Both the position numbers and the translations under genes were made by a program. Source: Candidatus Latescibacterota bacterium (lineage in GTDB: Bacteria > Latescibacterota > UBA2968 > GCA-2709665). Taken from it: DNA of 64,000 nucleotides. The DNA lies in contig OZ250150.1 in assembly GCA_965237675.1 (NCBI GenBank), forward strand, positions 3,232,001 to 3,296,000. The letters are read 5' to 3'. The notes below the pieces were generated by a model. It saw only the letters and a program-made list of their open reading frames with translations. It was not told where the DNA came from and searched no databases. Of this stretch, positions 9,067 through 18,437 are shown piece after piece (position 1 is the first letter of the stretch; each line of letters starts with the position of its first letter).

Positions 9067-9555
9067 ATGGCGTTAGATCCAATGGAGCAACGGCGGATTA
9101 TGGGTTGTTTTGCAACCGGCGTGACCGTTGTGACGACGGTTTCGGGCGGCGAGACCCGAGGGATGACAGCCAATGCGGTAACCTCGCTGTCCCTGGATCC
9201 TCCGCTGGTGATGGTGGCGGTGGACAAGGACGCGCAGATGCACGGGTACTTGAGGGGAAGCCGGTATTTTGCATTGAATATTTTAAGCGAGGACCAGGAA
9301 GCGCTCTCCACGCAATTTGCGCGCCCCGGAACCAAGGATTTTTCGAACGTGCCGACAACGACGGTTCGTACCGGGGCGCCGGTGTTCGTGGAGGCCCTCG
9401 GTTACGTGGAGTGTCGGCTCGTGGACGTATTGCGGGCTGGCGATCACGATATTTTCGTTGGAGAGATTGTGGCGGGCGATGCGGGGGACGGTCTTCCGCT
9501 GTTGTTTTACCGGGGAAAGTATCGGCGGATGATTGACGACGCGCCGCACGTCTGA
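9067..9555 (+). CDS. Flavin reductase (HpaC/DszD-like)
   Basis: FATGVTVVT, GMTANAVTSLSLDPPLV, AGDHDIFVGE, PLLFYRGKY. Confidence 0.92.
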   Translation: MALDPMEQRRIMGCFATGVTVVTTVSGGETRGMTANAVTSLSLDPPLVMVAVDKDAQMHGYLRGSRYFALNILSEDQEALSTQFARPGTKDFSNVPTTTVRTGAPVFVEALGYVECRLVDVLRAGDHDIFVGEIVAGDAGDGLPLLFYRGKYRRMIDDAPHV

Positions 9556-9609
9556 TGCATTTTCATCGCATATGCGATTGCTTTCTTCAAGTTCATACGG
9601 GGGATAGAT

Positions 9610-11004
9610 ATGGATAACGAACTCAGTGCGTTGACCGTCATTTTTACCGAGTTCTATTACTGGGTATGTATTGTACTCATGTTCCTGATCCACGTCGGCT
9701 TCTGTCTATACGAAGTGGGTGTGTCCAGGCGGAAAAACATGATGCACACCCTGATGAAAAACGCAATGCTGATTCCCCTGGTGACCGTGACGTTCTATTT
9801 TTTCGGGTGGTGGATCTATTTTGCAGTGCAAAACGGTCCGGGTATCACGGGCGGGCTGATTGAAGCCGCATGGGCTGCGCCCTGGAATGAACTGATGGGC
9901 ACCCATATGGGCGGCAAACCGCATAGTGAGGGGTTGACAAAGGCGGATACGGCTCTCTGGGCGCGGTTGAACGGCGTGTTCTGGGCGGCGTTCCTGCTGT
10001 TTTCCTGGACGGCGGGTTCGATTCTATCGGGCGCGGTGATTGAGCGCATCCGATCCAGCGCGTTCTGGATTTTTGCCGTGTTGGTGGGTTCCATCACGTG
10101 GGTGATCGACGCGGCCTGGGGATGGTCGGCCGACGGGTGGATGGTGCAGGTACTGGGGTATCACGACGCGTATGCGTCGGGCGTGATCCACGCCATCTGT
10201 GGCGGATCCGCGCTGGCGATTCTGTATCACCTGGGACCGCGCATCGGCCGGTTCAAGCCGGACGGCGCCCCGAGGAATTTCCCTCCGCACAACACCTGGC
10301 TGGTGATTATCGGACTGTTCCTGATCTATACGGGATTCTGGGGCTTTTATGCGGCTTGCAACGTGCCCATTATGGATATCGATCCCTCCGCCGACCGGGC
10401 TTTCTTTTCGGCAACCACGATTTATCTGACCGCGACGACGTTGAGCGCCATTACCTTCAACTTCCTGATGTCGCTCGCAGGTGGATTGATGATGGGGTAT
10501 TTCGTGTCCAAGGGCGATCCGTACTGGACATTTTCGGGCGGATTGGCGGGCATCATCACGGCGTCGGCGGGAAACGATCTGTACCATCCGATGCAGGCGC
10601 TTCTCATCGGCGCATTCGGTACGTTCTGCATTTACAAGTTGCACAATTGGGTCGAACGCCGTTTCAGAATTGACGATGCCGTGGGGGCCGTTGCCGTGCA
10701 TGGTTATGCCGGGGTGATCGGGGTGATTGTCGCAGGATTCGTACTCTGGGGGTATCCGGGTGCGAACCCCGCGTACGCCCCGATTACGCCGTGGGGACAG
10801 ACCCTAGGCGCCGTCATTATGTTTTTCGTGCTGGGTTTTCTACCTTGTTACGTCGTGGGGGCAATCCTCAAAAAGCTCGGGGTTCTCCGCATCCCGCGGC
10901 GAGTTGAACTGGCGGGTATGGATCACCGGACGATCGAGAACGAAACGGCGGATGCGAGCGATCTCGTTCAGCTCGAAATTGAGGAAGCGCAAGGAGGAAA
11001 CTAG
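9610..11004 (+). CDS. amt: Ammonium/methylammonium transporter (Amt family)
   Basis: SGAVIERI, YHDAYASGVIH, LGPRIGRF, IDDAVGAVAVHG. About 11 TM helices. Confidence 0.9.
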   Translation: MDNELSALTVIFTEFYYWVCIVLMFLIHVGFCLYEVGVSRRKNMMHTLMKNAMLIPLVTVTFYFFGWWIYFAVQNGPGITGGLIEAAWAAPWNELMGTHMGGKPHSEGLTKADTALWARLNGVFWAAFLLFSWTAGSILSGAVIERIRSSAFWIFAVLVGSITWVIDAAWGWSADGWMVQVLGYHDAYASGVIHAICGGSALAILYHLGPRIGRFKPDGAPRNFPPHNTWLVIIGLFLIYTGFWGFYAACNVPIMDIDPSADRAFFSATTIYLTATTLSAITFNFLMSLAGGLMMGYFVSKGDPYWTFSGGLAGIITASAGNDLYHPMQALLIGAFGTFCIYKLHNWVERRFRIDDAVGAVAVHGYAGVIGVIVAGFVLWGYPGANPAYAPITPWGQTLGAVIMFFVLGFLPCYVVGAILKKLGVLRIPRRVELAGMDHRTIENETADASDLVQLEIEEAQGGN

Positions 11005-11013
11005 AGAGGGCCT

Positions 11014-12699
11014 ATGCGCGAGGATGGAGTGTTGCCGGATATCGAGATCGCGAGGCAGGCCGATTTGCTACCCGTTGTCCGGGTTGCTCAGAAAATGGGC
11101 GTGCCCGAAAATCATCTCGAGCTGTACGGCAGGTACAAGGCCAAGGTTTCGATGGATTTTTACGACGGCCTGGCAGGAAATCCAACGGGCAAGCTGGTCC
11201 TGGTCTCGGCGATCAACCCGACGCCTGCCGGAGAGGGCAAGACAACCACGACGGTGGGTCTGGGCGATGCGCTGAACCGGCTGGGAAAGCGCACGGCCAT
11301 CTGCCTGCGGGAACCTTCTCTTGGCCCCTGTTTCGGCATGAAAGGGGGCGCGGCGGGCGGAGGGGCGTCTCAGGTTGCGCCGATGGAGGACATCAACCTG
11401 CACTTTACGGGCGATATCCATGCAATCGGTGTCGCTCACAATCTACTGGCCGCGGCGCTGGACAACCATATTCACCACCGGAACAGGCTGGATATCGATC
11501 TCCGGCGCATCCTGTGGAAACGCGCCATGGATATGAACGACCGGGCGCTGCGGGATATTGTCATCGGTCTGGGAGGCAGGGGGAATTCCCTCCCTCGCGA
11601 ATCGGGTTTTGAGATTACGGTCGCGTCCGAGGTGATGGCCATCTTGTGCCTGTCCGAATCGCTCGAGGAACTGCGGGAACGGCTGGGCAGAATCATCGTG
11701 GCATATACACGTGGGAACGAACCGGTCACCGCAGCCGATCTCAATGTGCACGGCGCGATGGCTGTGCTGTTGCGAGACGCCCTGAAACCGAATCTGGTCC
11801 AAACGCTCGAGAACAACCCGGCAATTGTCCACGGCGGCCCGTTCGCCAATATCGCTCACGGATGCAATTCGGTGATTGCGACCAAGCTGGCGATGCGTCT
11901 TTCCGAATATACCGTAACCGAGGCCGGGTTCGGCGCGGACCTCGGCGCGGAAAAGTTCCTGAATATCAAGTGCCGGCAGTCCGGCATTCGCCCCGACGTG
12001 GTGGTGCTGGTGGCGACCGTCCGGGGTTTGAAATACCACGGCGGCGTGTCGCTCAGGCGGCTTGGGTTGCCCAACATGGCCGCGCTTGAAAAGGGGTTGG
12101 ACAATCTGAAAAAGCATGTCGAGAATATTCGACATTTCGGCTTGCCCGCCGTCGTGACCGTGAATGCTTTCCTTTCTGACACCCCGGGCGAGGTCAGTCT
12201 GATTCAGGACAAATGGGCCGACATGGATGTGCCGATCGTACCATCAGACCACTGGGCACGAGGGGGGGCCGGGGCGGAGACGCTTGCCCGTACGGTGGTT
12301 GAAACTGCGGAGACGACGAACCCCGATTTCACCCTTCTCTATAGTGATAATCAGGGGTTGTGGGAAAAGGCCCGAATCGTGGCTCGGGAGATCTATGGTG
12401 CGGCCGACATTGTGGGGGACAGACGCCTCAGAACCAGGTTCAAGAGGCTGGAGGAAGAGGGATTCGGAAGTCTGCCGGTATGCATGGCCAAGACCCAGTA
12501 TTCGCTTTCGACCGAACCGGGATTGAAAGGTCGGCCCGCGGGCTTCGACGTGCCCATCCGCGACGTGCGGGTGTCTGCCGGAGCCGGTTTTGTTGTGGTG
12601 TTCACCGGCGATGTCATGACGATGCCCGGGCTCCCGCGAACGCCTTCCGCCGAAGCAATCGATTTTGATGAAGCCGGACAGACCGTCGGCCTGTTCTGA
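11014..12699 (+). CDS. fhs: Formate--tetrahydrofolate ligase
   Basis: [66 protein letters not shown]. Confidence 0.97.
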   Translation: MREDGVLPDIEIARQADLLPVVRVAQKMGVPENHLELYGRYKAKVSMDFYDGLAGNPTGKLVLVSAINPTPAGEGKTTTTVGLGDALNRLGKRTAICLREPSLGPCFGMKGGAAGGGASQVAPMEDINLHFTGDIHAIGVAHNLLAAALDNHIHHRNRLDIDLRRILWKRAMDMNDRALRDIVIGLGGRGNSLPRESGFEITVASEVMAILCLSESLEELRERLGRIIVAYTRGNEPVTAADLNVHGAMAVLLRDALKPNLVQTLENNPAIVHGGPFANIAHGCNSVIATKLAMRLSEYTVTEAGFGADLGAEKFLNIKCRQSGIRPDVVVLVATVRGLKYHGGVSLRRLGLPNMAALEKGLDNLKKHVENIRHFGLPAVVTVNAFLSDTPGEVSLIQDKWADMDVPIVPSDHWARGGAGAETLARTVVETAETTNPDFTLLYSDNQGLWEKARIVAREIYGAADIVGDRRLRTRFKRLEEEGFGSLPVCMAKTQYSLSTEPGLKGRPAGFDVPIRDVRVSAGAGFVVVFTGDVMTMPGLPRTPSAEAIDFDEAGQTVGLF

Positions 12700-12837
12700 A
12701 GGTGACGGTCAGGATCGCCATTGCGGCGTAACAAGGCACCCGGGAAGTGTGACGTCTTCCGGTGTGAGAGGCTATTGCAAGGGGTTTCGCATTAGATTTC
12801 TCGTTATTTTGCGTACACCAATGTAAGGAGGCGGCAG

Positions 12838-13068
12838 ATGAGAACGGGTTTGATAGACACGTGGGTGGGGAATCCGGCTGACGTGGGTCCGATGTATCCC
12901 TTTGTCGGGTACGAGGTTCCTCTCTTCGTGGTTTGTCTTGGCTTGTGGATAGCGTATACGTTTTGGCAGATTAGACACGAGAGAGCGAATTATCGGGACG
13001 AGTTGGATCACTTGGTCGAGGCGAGTCATCTCGCAACGGCAATAGAAGGTGAAGGCAAGAATTTCTAA
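12838..13068 (+). CDS. Small single-TM membrane protein
   Basis: AAGGAGG RBS. W..xxDVGPMYPFVGYE followed by a TM helix; resembles small proteins I recall next to methylamine-cluster Amt genes. Confidence 0.7.
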   Translation: MRTGLIDTWVGNPADVGPMYPFVGYEVPLFVVCLGLWIAYTFWQIRHERANYRDELDHLVEASHLATAIEGEGKNF

Positions 13069-13094
13069 CCTTGATTCTTGAGGGAGATCTGACG

Positions 13095-14429
13095 ATGACG
13101 CTGGACCAGGTAAAAGAATTCGTAGCCAGGAATGGAATAGACTTTTTTTTGTGTTCGTTTGTGGAGATGGGCGGGATGCCAAAGGCCAAGGTGGTGCCCG
13201 TCACACACCTTGACGACATGGCCTCGGATGGCGCGGGTTTCGCGGGGTTCGCGGCCGGGAATATGGGGCAGGGGCCGCACGATTCCGATATGATGAACAT
13301 ACCGGATTTTAATTCGATGACCGTATTGCCGTGGCGCAAGAATACGGCGTGGGTGGCGGGCAATATCCAGGTCGAGGGAGAGTCCTACGGGTATTGTCCG
13401 CGGACGATTCTGCGGCGGCAACTTGAAAAGGCGGAGGCGAAGGGATATCGGTTGAATCTGGGCGTGGAAGCGGAGTTCATCCTCCTGAAAAAAGACGACC
13501 AGAACAACTATGCGCTGGCCGATCCGCTGGACACATTGGAGAAGCCCTGCTATGATCTCGTAACCTTGCATCGCAACCTGGACGTAATGACCACGCTGAT
13601 CGGGTATATGCAGGAACTGGGTTGGGAACCCTATGCCAACGACCACGAAGACGCAAATTGCCAGTTCGAGATCAACTGGACCTATTCCGACGCGCTGACC
13701 ACCGCCGATCGGCAGACGTTTTTCAGATGGATGGTGAAAGTGAACGCGGAGCGGCACGGATACCACGCGACCTTTATGCCGAAGCCATTTTCACACCTGA
13801 CGGGAAGCGGAGCGCATTATCACCTGAGCCTGTGGGATCCTGAGAACAGGACGAACCTGTTTCTCGACGAGGCGGATGAAAACGGCCTGTCGAAGGAAGC
13901 CTACTGGTTTATGGCGGGTATCCTTAACCACGCAAAGGGGATTTCGGCCGTTTCCGCGCCGCTCGTGAACAGCTATAAGCGCCTAACGAGGGGCGCACCA
14001 CGTTCGGGCGCGTCATGGGCGCCGATCTGCATCACCTATGGCGGATCAAACCGGACACAGATGATTCGAATCCCGGGCGCGGGCCGTATCGAGAATCGGG
14101 CCGTCGACGGGGCGGCCAATCCATATTTGACGGCCGCGGCGATGCTGGCAGCCGGGCTCGATGGCATCGAAAACCGCATGGAACCGGGCAAACGCAACGA
14201 GGGCAATCTCTACGAGGTGCCCGAGAGCGAGTTGCAAGCGCAGGGTATCGACCTGTTGCCGGGTACCCTTGCGGAGGCGGCCGATCATCTGGCGGCCGAC
14301 GATGTGCTCCGGGAAGCGCTGGGCACTGAGTATGCGGACTATTACGTGCAGGTGAAGCGCGAAGAGTGGGCGGAGTACCATCTGCACGTCGACCAGTGGG
14401 AGCGGGAACGCTATCTGCCGATTTACTAG
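13095..14429 (+). CDS. gmaS: Type III glutamate--ammonia ligase / gamma-glutamylmethylamide synthetase
   Basis: KAKVVP, GAGFAGFA, NDHEDANCQFEINW, ATFMPKPF, GSGAHYHLSLWD, NRTQMIRIP, DGAANPYL. GlnT-type signature and methylamine context. Confidence 0.88.
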   Translation: MTLDQVKEFVARNGIDFFLCSFVEMGGMPKAKVVPVTHLDDMASDGAGFAGFAAGNMGQGPHDSDMMNIPDFNSMTVLPWRKNTAWVAGNIQVEGESYGYCPRTILRRQLEKAEAKGYRLNLGVEAEFILLKKDDQNNYALADPLDTLEKPCYDLVTLHRNLDVMTTLIGYMQELGWEPYANDHEDANCQFEINWTYSDALTTADRQTFFRWMVKVNAERHGYHATFMPKPFSHLTGSGAHYHLSLWDPENRTNLFLDEADENGLSKEAYWFMAGILNHAKGISAVSAPLVNSYKRLTRGAPRSGASWAPICITYGGSNRTQMIRIPGAGRIENRAVDGAANPYLTAAAMLAAGLDGIENRMEPGKRNEGNLYEVPESELQAQGIDLLPGTLAEAADHLAADDVLREALGTEYADYYVQVKREEWAEYHLHVDQWERERYLPIY

Positions 14430-14465
14430 TGTTCTGTACCGGAAATAGATCGCCGAAATTCGGCC
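14426..14465 (+). repeat. 40-bp dispersed repeat, copy 2
   Basis: CTAGTGTTCTGTACCGGAAATAGATCGCCGAAATTCGGCC, again overlapping a TAG stop codon (gmaS). Confidence 0.8.
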
Positions 14466-14509
14466 CATCGGGAACTGTGCAGTTTCGGGTAACGTCGCGA
14501 GGTTCGTTT

Positions 14510-15853
14510 ATGGAGAATGCAGCTAGTCGGCCGGTTCGAGAGGCGCCGCGGGGCGTGGGGGGATTGCTGCGGAATATCGGACCGGGCGTGGTTGTGTCGG
14601 GTTCGGTGGTCGGCTCAGGCGAGTTGCTGGTGACCACGCGCATGGGGGCGGAGGTGGGCTTCGCGTTCCTCTGGGGGGTGATCCTGGCGTGCGTGATCAA
14701 GTTCTTCATTCAACTTGAACTTGGGCGCCAGTGCGTTTTGCACAACAGCACGACGATACAGGTCCTGGACCGCGTGCCCGGAATACGGCTGGCGAATACC
14801 TCTTGGGCGGCATGGTTGTGCGTGCTGGGTTATTTTTCGGTGATGATTGCCGTGATCGGCATCCTCGGGTCCGTGGCCGGATTGATGGTAACCCTCTTTC
14901 CCGGCGTCCCGTACAACGTGTGGGCCGTGCTGATTTTTGCGGCCATCTCTGTGCTGCTTTACAGGGGCTTGTACGCTGACCTGGAGCGAATGATCACCAT
15001 ACTGGTCGCGGGCTTCAGCCTTGTCGTAATCGGGTCGGTGTTGGCGATGCAGGCGACGCCATACGCCGTGGGGGGCGCGGAGGTATTATCGGGGTTTCGC
15101 TTTACCCTGCCCGCGGACGGGGCGTTCGTGGCCCTGGCCGTGATGGGGTCCGTGGGCGCGACGGCTGTGGAATTGTTCATGTATCCATACTGGGTACGGG
15201 AGAAGGGATACGCGGATTTTGTGGGGCCCCGGGAGGATACGCCCGAATGGCGGGCGCGGTATCGGGGCTGGATGCGGGTGCTGAAGACCGACGCGCTGGT
15301 GTGCACCGGGATCGCGTTGGTGATTACCTGCGCCTACTATCTGCTGGGGGCCTCGATATTGAAGAAGCTGAACGTGGTCCCCCAGGGCATGGAGGTCGTG
15401 GAGCAGGTTTCGCTGATTTTTACCAGAAGCATCGGTCCATGGACGAAAAACGTGTTCATGTTCGGCGCTTTCTGTACGCTGTTTTCCACGCTGCTCGTGT
15501 TCACGGCCAGTTCCGGGCGTATCGGCGTGGATTTTCTCAGGAATACGGGCGTCGCCAGTCTGGATGACGAGGCGGTTCGTCTTCGGCTGCTGCGGGCATT
15601 GCAGATCGCATTTCCGTTTCTGTGGCTTTGTGTGACCGTTGCAACTCCAGATACGCCGCTTGCCCTGGTGCTGATCGGGGCCAACGCCAACAACCTGCTG
15701 CTGATTCCGATGGCCTACGGTGTGGTGCACTTGGCGATGCGCGCTGCGGACAGGGAACGGATGTCCGTCTGGACGGAACTTGGATTGCTGTTGACAATCT
15801 GGGCGATCGTCAACTTTACCGCAGTCAACCTGTATTTGAATTGGACGCGTTAA
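14510..15853 (+). CDS. Nramp-like (APC-fold) membrane transporter
   Basis: IGPGVVVSGSVVGSGEL, KFFIQLELGR, LFMYPYWVREKG. About 11 TM helices. Confidence 0.8.
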   Translation: MENAASRPVREAPRGVGGLLRNIGPGVVVSGSVVGSGELLVTTRMGAEVGFAFLWGVILACVIKFFIQLELGRQCVLHNSTTIQVLDRVPGIRLANTSWAAWLCVLGYFSVMIAVIGILGSVAGLMVTLFPGVPYNVWAVLIFAAISVLLYRGLYADLERMITILVAGFSLVVIGSVLAMQATPYAVGGAEVLSGFRFTLPADGAFVALAVMGSVGATAVELFMYPYWVREKGYADFVGPREDTPEWRARYRGWMRVLKTDALVCTGIALVITCAYYLLGASILKKLNVVPQGMEVVEQVSLIFTRSIGPWTKNVFMFGAFCTLFSTLLVFTASSGRIGVDFLRNTGVASLDDEAVRLRLLRALQIAFPFLWLCVTVATPDTPLALVLIGANANNLLLIPMAYGVVHLAMRAADRERMSVWTELGLLLTIWAIVNFTAVNLYLNWTR

Positions 15854-15881
15854 GGACCTGGAAAGACGCGGGATCCTCAAG

Positions 15882-15904
15882 GGCGGCCCGGCGGCCGTTT
15901 TTTT
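15882..15904 (+). terminator. Rho-independent terminator
   Basis: GGCGGCC-CGGC-GGCCGTT stem followed by a T-run, between convergent genes. Confidence 0.6.
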
Positions 15905-15944
15905 CTTGTACCCCATGCTGCGGGCGCGTGAACCACGGCGGCGG

Positions 15945-18296
15945 TCATTCCGATGTCTCCACCCAGATGGGTGTGCTCCATCCCCTGGCGCCCATGGCGT
16001 GCGCGACGTTGCTTGGGTATTGGGGGATGGGGTCGGGTGACAGGACTTCAAGGTAGTAGTAGTGCTTTCCGGGGCGATACCGGCGCAATTGGAATTCTCT
16101 TCGCTCTCCCCGGGTCTGGCCGATGAACCGGTCGTCGTGCATCAGACGCCCGTCCCGGTGGACGCGCAGGATGTATTCCCGGTCCGCTTCGCCCACGACG
16201 CGCCACTTCAACACCGGGTCGTCCTCGATGACAAGCGAGCTGCCCATCATCTGATCGTTGATCGTGAATTCGATCAGGATTTTCTGCCCGGCCGTTGCGT
16301 AACAGTGTCTCGCTTTGATCGCGTTCAGAAAGGCGGCACGGTCCAGGCGTTCGGCCCAGACGCCGGTGAGCGCGCCGCTCAAGCCGGGGTTTCGGTGGTG
16401 GCTGTCTCCGCTGCCGGTGAAGGCGAATTTATGGCCCGCATCGAGGTATCTGAAATAGATGTCGTAAAGGTCGATGTTGATCATCCAGGCGGCACACACG
16501 TCGATGCCCCACTCGACGTCCGTGTCGTAGAGGTTCCATTTCCCGTTGTGGGGGTGCGGGAGGGGGAGGTAGCCCTTTTCTTTGAACCAGGCGAGACACT
16601 CCCCGGTGTCCTTGTGGGTATGCCGCTCACCTTTCGTGTGGGCCTCCTTGTACTTGAAGTGAAGCAGGTCCATTTCCATTTCGTCGTCGTCCGACATCAC
16701 CGATCGGTGGTCCCGCCCGGAGTCCACCCGGTCGGTGATGGTCATTTCGTAGCCGGGAAACATGGCGAACTGTCCGGGTTCGTTCAGGACCATCGCGTTG
16801 CCTTTGACGTAGTCCCACTCGTAGTCCTTCAGGTGGCGCACGTTCTGACGGGTGGGCAGGTTCCAGAAGCAGTCGTTGTCGGAAACGGTCAGCCCGTCGA
16901 TCTGCGCTTTGTGCCGGGCGTAGTGGCCCAACTCATCCGGCTCGCCTTCCATTTCGATGGAGGCCGCCGAGTGGCAGTGCAGGTCCACCCAGAAGAGGTG
17001 GTATTTTCCGCTCTCCCCGCCGGGAAGCTCGTTGCGGGGGCGGTCCGTCTCTCGAAGTTTCTCGAACGGCAGCCGGACTTCCTTCCATTCGGTCAGGTCG
17101 ATGCGGCGGTTCTCAGGAGGCACAACGGGGAGGTCGGTGGAGAGTTGGACCCTTTCCAGGTACCGCTCATCGGTGATCATGTCCTGGGACAGGAGGTGGA
17201 CCGCCGTTCCGACCGAGCCGTTGTGGGGTAGCTCGTAGAAAATGTTCCCTTCTGCCACGTTGTAGGGTTCCGACCAGACGCCATCGGCGCCGGTATGGCC
17301 GAAGAGGCGTCCCCTGGACGCGAGTGTGCCCTGCTCGCTGTCCGCCTTGACCTCGTAGAAAAGCCAGACGCCGTCGGCTTCGGCGCCCTTGAGAATGGGG
17401 AAGAGCCGCCTGCCCATATGCCCCAGGTTGGGCGGTTTCGGGAAATCGGTCAACAGCCCGTAGTGGAGCGGCGCAATGTCGGCCCCTCCGTCCGCACCCG
17501 ACAGAGGCTCCCAGGACCGACCGTCCAGACGGGCGCCCCGCAATGAGTACTTCTGCTGGAGGGTGCTGCTTCGGTACATGACGTCCACGCCGCGCACCCA
17601 CACCGCCCAGAGTGCACCGCCGCCGTCCCGGCAGAGCGTCGGCCTGTTTTCCCACCCGTCGCCGCGGCTGATCTTGACCTCGTTCCGAGGGCCCGCCGGA
17701 TCGACCGCACAGCCGTAGATGTCGTAGGTGCGGTCGACGTAGCTGTCCCAGATGATATAGACGCCGTCCGTCCCCCGTTCGACCATCCTGGGCCGGTAAT
17801 TGTAGCGTACCCGGTTTCCGATCGAATACGTTGCGGTCTCGCCATCGGGGAGGGTTCTGATGATTTCGATGCGGCTGTCTCCCCTGACAGAGTGGGCCCA
17901 GCAGATCCAGAGGGCGCCGCTTTCGTCGACGAGGGCCTGCGGCTCCCAGACCTTCGCCGAAGTAGGCAGGACGTGGCATTTCCGGCACCGGGTGAACGCA
18001 TTTCCATCCTGTTTGCGGGTCCAAAACGCGTATTCCCGCCCGGTTTTTTCAAGCCAGACAAATACCACTTCACCCCCGTTCGGAACGCAGATAGGGCGCG
18101 TCTGCATGGTGTTGTTGGGGGAAAGCGGCTCGACGGGACCGGCGGTTTCCCCGACGAATTTCCGGACAAATGTCCTGGACCCCGCGGCGCCGTAGGCTGC
18201 CCAGGCGGTCCAGCACGTTTTGTCGTCACGAAGGGTGCAGAGGTTGGGATCGTAGTTGTCTTTTGAATAGACGCCCTCTGTGACGGCAAGGTTCAT
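15945..18296 (-). CDS. Protein with N-terminal beta-rich repeats and C-terminal PHP-like (DUF3604/CehA-McbA-type) metallohydrolase domain
   Basis: WVDLHCHS, TVSDND, PGYE, HRSV, PHPH and GSGDSHH metal-binding motifs. AAGGAG RBS. Confidence 0.7.
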   Translation of the reverse strand: MNLAVTEGVYSKDNYDPNLCTLRDDKTCWTAWAAYGAAGSRTFVRKFVGETAGPVEPLSPNNTMQTRPICVPNGGEVVFVWLEKTGREYAFWTRKQDGNAFTRCRKCHVLPTSAKVWEPQALVDESGALWICWAHSVRGDSRIEIIRTLPDGETATYSIGNRVRYNYRPRMVERGTDGVYIIWDSYVDRTYDIYGCAVDPAGPRNEVKISRGDGWENRPTLCRDGGGALWAVWVRGVDVMYRSSTLQQKYSLRGARLDGRSWEPLSGADGGADIAPLHYGLLTDFPKPPNLGHMGRRLFPILKGAEADGVWLFYEVKADSEQGTLASRGRLFGHTGADGVWSEPYNVAEGNIFYELPHNGSVGTAVHLLSQDMITDERYLERVQLSTDLPVVPPENRRIDLTEWKEVRLPFEKLRETDRPRNELPGGESGKYHLFWVDLHCHSAASIEMEGEPDELGHYARHKAQIDGLTVSDNDCFWNLPTRQNVRHLKDYEWDYVKGNAMVLNEPGQFAMFPGYEMTITDRVDSGRDHRSVMSDDDEMEMDLLHFKYKEAHTKGERHTHKDTGECLAWFKEKGYLPLPHPHNGKWNLYDTDVEWGIDVCAAWMINIDLYDIYFRYLDAGHKFAFTGSGDSHHRNPGLSGALTGVWAERLDRAAFLNAIKARHCYATAGQKILIEFTINDQMMGSSLVIEDDPVLKWRVVGEADREYILRVHRDGRLMHDDRFIGQTRGERREFQLRRYRPGKHYYYLEVLSPDPIPQYPSNVAHAMGARGWSTPIWVETSE

Positions 18297-18437
18297 TGTG
18301 AAGGCTCCTTGTTGGAAAGGGTGCAGCGAAGGGTGAAACGTCTGGGAGGGATCGGGGCCCCGGGGTCGGGATGCCCGGCACGGATTCTTCGCGGTGGGGC
18401 GGTCGCGGACGTCTTTATCATTCCTGCAATTGGGATA

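Noticed and set aside
13095-14429. Housekeeping glutamine synthetase GlnA
   Set aside because: The GAGFAGFA and NDHEDAN signatures and the gene context indicate GlnT/GmaS.
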